A DNA stretch of 57,026 nucleotides from an uncultured Planctomycetia bacterium. Lineage in GTDB: Bacteria; Omnitrophota; Gorgyraeia; 2-02-FULL-51-18. How positions within the stretch are numbered: the first letter of the stretch is position 1; each line of letters begins with the position of its first letter. Shown here piece after piece: positions 37,832 to 45,084 of this stretch. Where the stretch lies: contig CAZTBX010000088.1 of the NCBI GenBank assembly GCA_964612035.1, forward strand, positions 1-57,026. The letters are read 5' to 3'. Under the pieces are notes generated by a model. The model was given only the letters and a program-made list of their open reading frames with translations. It was not told the DNA's origin and ran no database searches. The translations under genes were made by a program, and so were the position numbers.

Positions 37832-37932
37832 TGGTAACGGTGGAACACATCCAAGAAAACGCGACGGTGATCTCAGCGCGGGACCTGGACCCTGCTGAGA
37901 TGTTCCGCCATGGCTCAGATGGACGCTCATGA
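37831..37932 (+). CDS. Candidate 33-codon micro-ORF filling the gap between the AKR and FkbM genes
   Basis: MVTVEHIQENATVISARDLDPAEMFRHGSDGRS. Its ATG shares one base with the AKR stop (TAATG), and its TGA overlaps the FkbM ATG (ATGA). There is no other support. Confidence 0.25.
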   Translation: MVTVEHIQENATVISARDLDPAEMFRHGSDGRS

Positions 37933-38777
37933 GAAAATTTTTCCAACTTATTCCGCTTGAAAATCAGTTACTCGTTTCATTCCGGCGCTTGTTGCGTCAT
38001 ACCGGTTTCTTGAATTTTATTGGCCGCAGGCTGTCACGGGATAGATCGACAGTGTCGGAAGCGAAGGCCAAAGACCCGCTTGGCCCAACTCATCTGGTAT
38101 GCCTGTCCCAAGAACTATCGTTGACGATGCATGGTTTTGACTCCTCCCAACTGCGTCTGAAAATAAGCCAGGATCGACACATATTGGAAGCAATCTACGC
38201 TTCCTTGATGGAAGGGGACGTGTTCTGGGACATCGGCGCAAACATCGGGGTTTATACGGTCGTCATGGCGCTTGCCTCGGCCGGGAAGAACGTCTCGGTG
38301 GTGGCGTTCGAGCCGGAGGCTGCATCCTACAACGTGCTGCGGCGGAACCTCGACCTGAACCGTATAACGCGCGCGAAGGCCGTTCCGCTCGCTTTGGGCG
38401 AACTGAAGGAAGATAAGACGCTTTATTTCTCGAAGGACCCCGCTGCCGGTACTCATTCTTTACTTACCGCACGGCGGCACCAAATGGGGGATTCGCAGAC
38501 GATCCGGGTCGAGAGAGGGGACTCTTTAATCGAAAAATCAGGTTTGCCGCCACCCAACGTCATTAAAATCGACACGGAAGGTACCGAATATGAAGTCTTC
38601 GAGGGGCTGGGGGATGCTTTGAGCTTGCCCTCATGCCACACCGTTGTTTGCGAGGTACATTTTTCGATGCTGGATTCCCGCACACCACAAAAAATCGTGA
38701 ATTTTCTCAAGGCCCGGGGATTCAAAACAAGGAGATGGCTCGACTTGTCCCATGTCTACCTAAGTAAAAAATCTTGA
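37929..38777 (+). CDS. FkbM-family SAM-dependent methyltransferase (third copy in the window)
   Basis: 282 aa. FWDIGANIGVYTVVMA, VAFEPEAASYNVLRRNL and VIKIDTEGTEYEVFEGL. Confidence 0.85.
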   Translation: MRKFFQLIPLENQLLVSFRRLLRHTGFLNFIGRRLSRDRSTVSEAKAKDPLGPTHLVCLSQELSLTMHGFDSSQLRLKISQDRHILEAIYASLMEGDVFWDIGANIGVYTVVMALASAGKNVSVVAFEPEAASYNVLRRNLDLNRITRAKAVPLALGELKEDKTLYFSKDPAAGTHSLLTARRHQMGDSQTIRVERGDSLIEKSGLPPPNVIKIDTEGTEYEVFEGLGDALSLPSCHTVVCEVHFSMLDSRTPQKIVNFLKARGFKTRRWLDLSHVYLSKKS

Positions 38778-38786
38778 GTAAAAATT

Positions 38787-38810
38787 ATCAATGGAAACCC
38801 AGCAAAGGAC
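38787..38810 (+). repeat. Junction repeat, copy 2, fused to the miaB 5' fragment
   Basis: atcaatggaaacccagcaaaggac. Matches 34936-34960 apart from a 1-nt deletion and one substitution. Confidence 0.8.
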
Positions 38811-39081
38811 GCGCTTGAAAAAAGTCTTTTTACAAACTTTTGGCTGTCAAATGAATGAAAGAGACAGCGAAGCTGTGCTCGGCCTGCTCATCGAGAAAGG
38901 TTTTGAGCCCGTGTCCTCGCCCGAAGAAAGCGACCTGCTTCTCTACAACACCTGCAGTGTGCGCAACCACGCCGAGCAGAAAGTGTTCGGGCGTATGGGG
39001 CATTTCAAGCATCTCAAAGCCGCCAGGCCCGGGCACGGAGCCTCTATTTCCGATCCTCTTCGTGTTTCTATTATGTATTGA
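38791..39081 (+). pseudogene. miaB: Truncated 5' fragment of a diverged miaB allele
   Basis: The ORF encodes ...FLQTFGCQMNERDSEAVLGLLIEKGFEPVSSPEESDLLLYNTCSVRNHAEQKVFGRMGHFKHLKAARPG, matching intact MiaB (42004..) residues ~16-80 with two substitutions. Homology ends near 39038, before the radical-SAM domain. Confidence 0.85.
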
Positions 39082-39153
39082 AATCAACGAATAGATAAAT
39101 TTCGTTTCATAATTGAAACAGAAATAGGCCGCTTTGCTATTGTGATAATTTAA

Positions 39154-39182
39154 TTGACTACTTTATTTTATCCTGATATATC
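39154..39182 (+). promoter_or_regulatory. Sigma70-type promoter candidate TTGACT-17 nt-TATATC immediately upstream of the ATPase gene
   Basis: -35 at 39154-39159 and -10 at 39177-39182, within an AT-rich tract (39046-39188). The annotated ATG at 39189 lies only 6 nt after the -10, which implies a leaderless or very short-leader mRNA or a downstream start. Confidence 0.45.
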
Positions 39183-39188
39183 AATGTT

Positions 39189-40349
39189 ATGATTCATAGA
39201 CGATTAGAGCTTCCAACGCGGCCCAAAGAGAGTTTTTTTCTGTGGGGTCCTCGCCAGAGCGGAAAAAGCATGCTTCTCAAATCCGTCTATTCCGACGCGA
39301 TTTGGTATGACCTTTTGAAAACGGATCTGTATGTCCGCTTGATCGAAAAACCGAGCCTTCTTCGAGAAGAACTTCTACACGCCCAGTCCGAGAAAAGGGG
39401 CAGCCTTATTATTATCGACGAAATCCAGAAAATCCCTGTTTTGCTGGATGAAGTGCATTGGCTCATCGAGAATACAGGTTTTGTATTCGGCTTATGCGGT
39501 TCAAGCGCCAGAAAGGTCCGAAAAGGCCACGCCAATCTCTTGGGGGGTAGGGCTGTCCGGCACGAGCTCTTCGGGTTTGTCTCCAAAGAACTCGGGGGCG
39601 AATTCGACCTCGTGCGCATGATCAATCATGGGTATCTTCCCAGGCACTATTTAAGCCAGTCTTATGAAAAACTTGTCCGTTCCTACGTGAATGACTATTT
39701 GAAGGAGGAAATTGCAGCGGAGGCGCTTGTGAGGAATCTACCGGCATTTTCGCATTTCCTAAGTGCCGCCGCGCTCTCCGACACGGAGCTTGTCAATTAT
39801 TCCACGATCGCCAGGGAATGCGGCGTTTCATCGCCTGCCGTCAAAGGGTACTTTCAAATTCTCATTGATACTCTACTGGCCCGGTTTCTTGAAGCTTACC
39901 GTAAGCGTCCCAAGCGTCGGGTGATCGGTACGCCAAAGTTTTATTTTTCGGATGTGGGGGTTGTCAATTATCTAGCCAAACGGGGGAAGATCGTGCCCGG
40001 CTCGGAACTTTTCGGAAAAGCCTTTGAGAACTGGGTGTTTCATGAACTCTCGGCTCACCGCGCCTACAGCGGCCTGGATTATGATTTGAGCTACTGGCGG
40101 CTTACCACCGGCATCGAGGTGGATTTTATCATGGGGGACATGGAAATCGCGATCGAAGCGAAAGCAAGCCCTAAAATCACTTCCGACCACCTTCGAAACT
40201 TGCGTGAAATCATAAAGGATCACCCCAAACTAAAAAGAAGGATCGCCGTGTCTCTTGAAGAGCGCCCAAGAAAAACAGAAGATGGCATTGAGATTTTACC
40301 GTATTCCATGTTTGTGGAAAATCTTTGGTCAGACGCGTGGATGCGATAA
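39189..40349 (+). CDS. AAA-family ATPase fused to a PD-(D/E)xK nuclease-like C-terminal domain (AAA_14 + DUF4143 architecture)
   Basis: 386 aa. Walker A GPRQSGKS, Walker B LIIIDEIQ. The C-terminal GIEVDFIMGDMEIAIEAKAS gives the D...E-x-K signature. Confidence 0.85.
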   Translation: MIHRRLELPTRPKESFFLWGPRQSGKSMLLKSVYSDAIWYDLLKTDLYVRLIEKPSLLREELLHAQSEKRGSLIIIDEIQKIPVLLDEVHWLIENTGFVFGLCGSSARKVRKGHANLLGGRAVRHELFGFVSKELGGEFDLVRMINHGYLPRHYLSQSYEKLVRSYVNDYLKEEIAAEALVRNLPAFSHFLSAAALSDTELVNYSTIARECGVSSPAVKGYFQILIDTLLARFLEAYRKRPKRRVIGTPKFYFSDVGVVNYLAKRGKIVPGSELFGKAFENWVFHELSAHRAYSGLDYDLSYWRLTTGIEVDFIMGDMEIAIEAKASPKITSDHLRNLREIIKDHPKLKRRIAVSLEERPRKTEDGIEILPYSMFVENLWSDAWMR

Positions 40350-40355
40350 AAGGAG

Positions 40356-40403
40356 AAACCGAGCATCGGCTGCAATATCAAATGGAAACCGGGTAAAGGA
40401 TAG
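40356..40403 (+). pseudogene. Orphan 3'-terminal fragment of a diverged redoxin allele (junction repeat copy 3 at 40377-40400)
   Basis: Reads KPSIGCNIKWKPGKG-stop, identical in protein to residues of the native redoxin end (34915-34959). All six nucleotide differences are third-position and synonymous. Confidence 0.75.
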
Positions 40404-40409
40404 GCTCTG

Positions 40410-41150
40410 ATGGCACTGCGCGAAGATTTTGAAGGTTTTGGGCTCTGGCTGTTCCGTTGGCGCAGTTACCTGCCTATCCTGACGATAGTGCTGGTGCTCA
40501 TGGCGCTGCGCCATTTCCATTATCCGGCCGGCATGCATTGGTTGGACGAGATCTGGGAATTCCTTTGCTTCGGCATTTCTCTGACGGGGCTTGGCGTGCG
40601 GGTGCTCACCGTAGGCTCCGCGCCGAAAGGGACCTCGGGCCGTAACGTGAGAAGCCAGGTCGCGGACAGTCTGAACGAATCGGGCATGTACTCGATCATG
40701 CGCCACCCTTTGTATTTCGGCAATTTCTTGAGCGGTCTGGGGGTGGCGCTGTTTCCGCGGTCGTGGTGGATGGGCTTCTTGTATCTGCTGGTCTTTTGGT
40801 TGTACTACGAGCGTATCATGTTCGCGGAAGAGGAATTCCTTCGCCGAAAATTCGGGGAGGCCTATTTGGCCTGGGCGGAACACACACCGGCCTTTTTCCC
40901 GAATTTTACTCAATGGACGCCGCCGCAACTTTCTTTTTCGATCCGCTGGTCCATCAAAAGAGAATACGCGAGCGTATTTCTTTTGATCGTCGTTTTCACG
41001 CTCATGGAAGTGGCCGGAGACGCCTTTGCCACGCATCGACTGATCTTTGACGGGATCTGGGTGGCCATCTTCGCGACCTCGGCGGTGAGTTACGCCTTGA
41101 TCCGATTCCTGAGCAAGAAGACCTCTCTCTTGTCCGTCAAGGGCCGCTAG
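40410..41150 (+). CDS. Isoprenylcysteine carboxyl methyltransferase (ICMT/PEMT-like) family membrane methyltransferase
   Basis: 246 aa with several TM segments. LNESGMYSIMRHPLYFGNFL and EEEFLRRKFGEAYLAW match the ICMT-family C-terminal signature. Confidence 0.75.
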   Translation: MALREDFEGFGLWLFRWRSYLPILTIVLVLMALRHFHYPAGMHWLDEIWEFLCFGISLTGLGVRVLTVGSAPKGTSGRNVRSQVADSLNESGMYSIMRHPLYFGNFLSGLGVALFPRSWWMGFLYLLVFWLYYERIMFAEEEFLRRKFGEAYLAWAEHTPAFFPNFTQWTPPQLSFSIRWSIKREYASVFLLIVVFTLMEVAGDAFATHRLIFDGIWVAIFATSAVSYALIRFLSKKTSLLSVKGR

Positions 41151-41189
41151 CGGAAGGTTTACAAATGGCGTTATCGGAGATAAATTAAG

Positions 41190-41999
41190 ATGAGCTTATC
41201 GCCCATCAGACGGATGCTGAACAAAGTGCCAGAGGTCACCCTATACTTCTGGATCATCAAGGTCCTGTGTACCACGGTCGGTGAGACGGCGGCTGACTAT
41301 CTGATCGAACATTTTTTCGGACTGACGGGAACGACACTGATCATGGGCGGACTGCTCGTTGTCATTTTGTTCTTTCAGTTCAAGTGGAAAAAGTACTCCC
41401 CATCCATCTATTGGCTCGCGGTCGTTCTCCTCAGCATCGTCGGTACCTTGATCACGGATAACCTGACAGACCACCTCAGAGTTCCTCTGGAGACGACCAC
41501 TCTTGCATTCTCCAGCGCGCTTGTCCTGACCTTCGCGGTGTGGTACGCGGTTGAGAAGACGCTGTCCGTTCATGCCATTGTCACGACTCGCCGCGAGGCG
41601 TTCTACTGGCTGGCTATCCTTTTCACGTTCGCATTGGGCACCGCTGCGGGTGACCTCACTGCGGAAAAGTTCGGTCTGGGGTATTTGACGTCGTTGTTCA
41701 TATTCGCCGGCCTCATTGCGATCGTGACGATCGTGCATTATGCGATGAAGGGGATCTTGGCTGCGGAACAGAAGCGTCAGTCGAGAAACGCGGTATTGGT
41801 TTTCTGGCTGGTCTATATTTTGACTCGGCCGCTGGGCGCATCTATCGGAGACTACCTTTCGCAGGCCCGCGCTGACGGGGGTTTGGGCTTGGGGACGACC
41901 GTGACAAGCGTGATCTTTCTCGTCACGATCTTAGTGCTGGTCGTCTATCTTACGCTTACGAAAAAGGACGAGATCCCTCCCGAAACCGCGAGGTTTTAA
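41190..41999 (+). CDS. Multi-pass membrane protein of unknown function (COG4705-like)
   Basis: 269 aa. N-terminal NKVPEVTLYFWIIKVLCTTVGETAADYL and a second GTAAGDL repeat resemble the uncharacterised membrane-anchored protein family. Eight hydrophobic segments. Confidence 0.65.
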   Translation: MSLSPIRRMLNKVPEVTLYFWIIKVLCTTVGETAADYLIEHFFGLTGTTLIMGGLLVVILFFQFKWKKYSPSIYWLAVVLLSIVGTLITDNLTDHLRVPLETTTLAFSSALVLTFAVWYAVEKTLSVHAIVTTRREAFYWLAILFTFALGTAAGDLTAEKFGLGYLTSLFIFAGLIAIVTIVHYAMKGILAAEQKRQSRNAVLVFWLVYILTRPLGASIGDYLSQARADGGLGLGTTVTSVIFLVTILVLVVYLTLTKKDEIPPETARF

Positions 42000-42003
42000 G
42001 ATA

Positions 42004-43353
42004 ATGCAATCATCGATCGGTCAAGGTATCGCAAAGAAAAAGCTGTTCCTCCAGACTTTCGGGTGCCAGATGAACGAGCGTGACAGCGAAGCCGTGCTCG
42101 GCCTGCTCATCGAGAAAGGTTTTGAGTCAGTGTCTTCGCCCGAAGAAAGCGACCTGCTTCTTTACAACACCTGCAGTGTGCGCGACCACGCCGAGCAGAA
42201 GGTATTTGGACGCATGGGCCATTTCAAGCATCTCAAGGCCGCCAGACCCGGCATGGTCATCGGCATCATCGGCTGTATGGCTCAGGAGCACGGCAAGGAT
42301 TTTTTCAGGCGTAATCCCGAGATCGACCTTGTGTGCGGTCCGGGGAATCTGAGCCAGATCCCCGACCTTGTCGAAGAGATCCGGCAAAAACGTTCGCCAC
42401 GATTGGCTGTGGATAGGCTGAACGAGGAGTACGGTCTCGACGGCATCCGCTACCGCTCGGGCGGCCTGAAAGCGCTGGTCACCATCATGACGGGCTGTGA
42501 TCACCGCTGCACCTATTGCATTGTCCCGTACACGCGCGGGGACGAACGTTCGCGGCCCTCGCAAAGCGTTCTCGAAGAAATGAAAGACCTCGAGAGCCGC
42601 GGTTTCAAGGACGTGATGCTGCTCGGGCAGAACGTGAACTCGTATGGAAAAGGCCTCGAGGAAAATATCGATTTTGCAGGACTGCTGGAAAAGATCCAAG
42701 ATCAGGCGCCGGGCATTTCGAGGCTTCGCTTCATCACCAGTCACCCCAAGGATGCTCACGCACGCCTTTTCAAGGCCATGAAGTCGCTACCCATGGTGTG
42801 CGGGCACCTGCATTTGCCGGTGCAGTCGGGCTCAAACCGCGTCCTGAAGCGCATGAAGCGCGAACACACGCGTGAATGGTACCTCGAGCAGATCGCGGAA
42901 TACAGGAGGCTTGTGCCCGACGGCTCGCTCACCACCGATTTCATTGTCGGTTTTCCCGGTGAAACCCAGACGGATTTCGAGGACACGCTGGACCTGGCGC
43001 GTCGTGCAGAGTTTGATAGCGCTTTCACCTTTATTTATTCGCCGAGACCTGGTACGCCCGCACTGCGTCTTGAGGACGACGTCCCGCAGAACGAAAAAGA
43101 GCGCCGGCATCAGACGCTTTTAGAACTGCAAAAGGCCATGAGCCTCCGCAAGAATCAGGAGCTTATCGGGCGCACGATGGAAGTGCTGTTCGAGGGACGC
43201 ACGAAACGCGGCGACAACCGCTACGCCGGCAGAACGCGCGAGTATAAGCGTGTCGTGGTCTCTTCGAATGAAGACCTCGTCGGGCGCTTCCGCAGTGCCC
43301 GGATCGCGGGGGCGGCTGATGAAACCCTGCTGGGGGAGCTCGTCGGCCCGTGA
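42004..43353 (+). CDS. miaB: tRNA-i6A37 methylthiotransferase
   Basis: 449 aa. UPF0004 N-domain FLQTFGCQMNERDSE, radical-SAM CDHRCTYCIVP, C-terminal TRAM domain. Confidence 0.95.
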   Translation: MQSSIGQGIAKKKLFLQTFGCQMNERDSEAVLGLLIEKGFESVSSPEESDLLLYNTCSVRDHAEQKVFGRMGHFKHLKAARPGMVIGIIGCMAQEHGKDFFRRNPEIDLVCGPGNLSQIPDLVEEIRQKRSPRLAVDRLNEEYGLDGIRYRSGGLKALVTIMTGCDHRCTYCIVPYTRGDERSRPSQSVLEEMKDLESRGFKDVMLLGQNVNSYGKGLEENIDFAGLLEKIQDQAPGISRLRFITSHPKDAHARLFKAMKSLPMVCGHLHLPVQSGSNRVLKRMKREHTREWYLEQIAEYRRLVPDGSLTTDFIVGFPGETQTDFEDTLDLARRAEFDSAFTFIYSPRPGTPALRLEDDVPQNEKERRHQTLLELQKAMSLRKNQELIGRTMEVLFEGRTKRGDNRYAGRTREYKRVVVSSNEDLVGRFRSARIAGAADETLLGELVGP

Positions 43354-44105
43354 GAGTCCGGTGGCCGTTCTTTGTCCTGCTTTTTCTTTTCTCGTTAGCT
43401 GGCACGGCCGAGGCTTTGTCCGGCCGCATGGAAACGAAGCGCGAGCGTCTACAAAAAGAAAAAGGCGCCCGCCTCGCCGCGCCGAAGCGCTCCGGAACTG
43501 ACATACAGAAGATCTATGAGGCCTACCTGAAAGAAAATTTTTCGGAAGCCGAGACGCTGTGTGCCCGCGCCCTGGAAAAGGGGAAAAGCGGCGTCGAAAC
43601 GGATGAAGTGCGCTATCTTCGGGCGCTGTGCCTCCTAAAAATGCGTCGAAGCGATGAGGCCCGGCGTATCCTGGGTTCTATCACCGCATCCGCGTCGCCG
43701 CTCAGGACGCAGGCGGCGCTGTCGTTCGCCGATTCGTTCGCCGTGGACGGCGACGGAAAACGCGCCGATACGGAATACCGGCGCTTTCTCTCGGAATACG
43801 GCGATACCGACATGGCTGCTTACGCGCGTTCGCGTCTGGCGCCGTCCGGGGCCGGAAGCGTCGCGGAAGGCGGCTTTTTCAGCGTTCAGGTTGGTTCTTT
43901 CTCCAATGAGGGCAACGCGCGCTCGCTGGTCGGAAAACTTTTGGACACGCGATACGACGCCTATCTTGAGAACGGCCGCGCCGACAGTCTTTACCGCGTG
44001 CGCGTGGGCCGCCTGCGATCCATGGAAGATGCCAGAGCGCTTGAGACGCGCCTGAAGAAAGACGGTTATCCGACAAAATTTGTGTCCGAAGCGGCAGTTT
44101 CCTAA
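43350..44105 (+). CDS. Secreted TPR + SPOR-domain (peptidoglycan-binding) protein
   Basis: 251 aa with a GTG start (GTGA overlap) and signal peptide. SPOR block FFSVQVGSFSNEGNARSLVGKLLDTRYDAYLENGRADSLYRVRVGRLRSMEDARALETRLKKDGY. Confidence 0.8.
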   Translation: MRVRWPFFVLLFLFSLAGTAEALSGRMETKRERLQKEKGARLAAPKRSGTDIQKIYEAYLKENFSEAETLCARALEKGKSGVETDEVRYLRALCLLKMRRSDEARRILGSITASASPLRTQAALSFADSFAVDGDGKRADTEYRRFLSEYGDTDMAAYARSRLAPSGAGSVAEGGFFSVQVGSFSNEGNARSLVGKLLDTRYDAYLENGRADSLYRVRVGRLRSMEDARALETRLKKDGYPTKFVSEAAVS

Positions 44106-45084
44106 AATAAGCCCCCATTTCATCGCCATCGCCGGCCCCACCGGCTCTGGCAAAAGCGAGGTCGCCTTTTGTCTCGCCAAAAAACTGAACGGCGAGATCA
44201 TCTCCTGCGATTCCATGCAGGTGTACCGTGGCATGAACATTCTCACCCAAGCAAGTCCCAAGGACGGTCCTATCCCGGTGCGTCTGGTGTCTTTTTTGAG
44301 TCCTGGCAAAGAGTATGACGCGGCCGCGTACAGCCGGGACGCGTTCAAATGCCTACAGGCCGTGCTCAAGCGCGGCAAAACGCCCATCATTGTCGGAGGC
44401 ACAGGTCTTTACTTGCGTGCGCTGTTGGACGGTCTTTTTCAGGCACAAGAGGGCGGTCCCCTGAAGGACGAGCGCTTCAGAAAGAAAATGCTGCAGGTGC
44501 ACGAAGAACACGGGGACGGTTTTCTTCATCAAAAACTGTCTCGGGTCGACGAAGCCGCCGCAAAAAGCATTCATCCCAACGATATCCGTCGCATTGTCCG
44601 CGCGCTCGAGGTGCATCACCTGACCGGGCGGCCATTCTCTTCTGAAAAAAAGAATAGAAAGGGGATACGCGACCAGTTTTTTCATAGAGTTTATTTTTTG
44701 GATCTCGGGCGGCAAGAGCTTTACGAGCGCGTGAACCGGCGGGTGGAACGTATGATCGAGGGTGGCTTGGTGAAAGAAGTGCGTTCGCTACTTGGGAAGA
44801 ACATCGGCCAGACCGCTTCCATGGCGCTCGGTTTCAGGGAGATCCGCGCGTATCTGCGCGGGGAGACGACGCTGGACAGCGCCGTCGAGAACCTCCGGCA
44901 GAACACACGGCGCTACGCCAAGCGCCAATGGTCCTGGTTCAGGCGGGAGAAAGATGTCGTGTTCATTCCCGTGGAGGCCGGTGAATCCGCCTCGCACATC
45001 GCACAAAGGATACTGAACGACTGGAAGCTATGGGGTCAGACCCCTGAGATAGCGGGGTCTGACCCCAAAATGGATAAACCATGA
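44080..45084 (+). CDS. miaA: tRNA dimethylallyltransferase
   Basis: 334 aa. P-loop IAIAGPTGSGKS, SCDSMQVYRGMNILT and IVGGTGLYLRALLDG. Confidence 0.9.
   Translation: MCPKRQFPKISPHFIAIAGPTGSGKSEVAFCLAKKLNGEIISCDSMQVYRGMNILTQASPKDGPIPVRLVSFLSPGKEYDAAAYSRDAFKCLQAVLKRGKTPIIVGGTGLYLRALLDGLFQAQEGGPLKDERFRKKMLQVHEEHGDGFLHQKLSRVDEAAAKSIHPNDIRRIVRALEVHHLTGRPFSSEKKNRKGIRDQFFHRVYFLDLGRQELYERVNRRVERMIEGGLVKEVRSLLGKNIGQTASMALGFREIRAYLRGETTLDSAVENLRQNTRRYAKRQWSWFRREKDVVFIPVEAGESASHIAQRILNDWKLWGQTPEIAGSDPKMDKP
45032..45066. repeat. Perfect 13-bp GC-rich inverted repeat inside the last codons of miaA
   Basis: ggggtcagacccc (45032-45044), 9-nt loop, ggggtctgacccc (45054-45066). Lies 15 nt upstream of the hflX ATG. 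Confidence 0.7.

Noticed and set aside
38791-39081. The 96-aa ORF might be a genuine small gene.
   Set aside because: It is the N-terminal ~75 residues of MiaB followed by out-of-homology read-through into AT-rich DNA. It lacks the radical-SAM cluster motif and everything downstream. I treated it as a gene relic.
34969-42003. An integrase, transposase, tRNA gene or long terminal inverted repeats that could explain the mosaic region.
   Set aside because: None of the ORFs in or beside the region carries recombinase or transposase motifs, and no tRNA-like sequence is present. The only repeats are the direct junction relics. The region is therefore not annotated as a defined mobile element.
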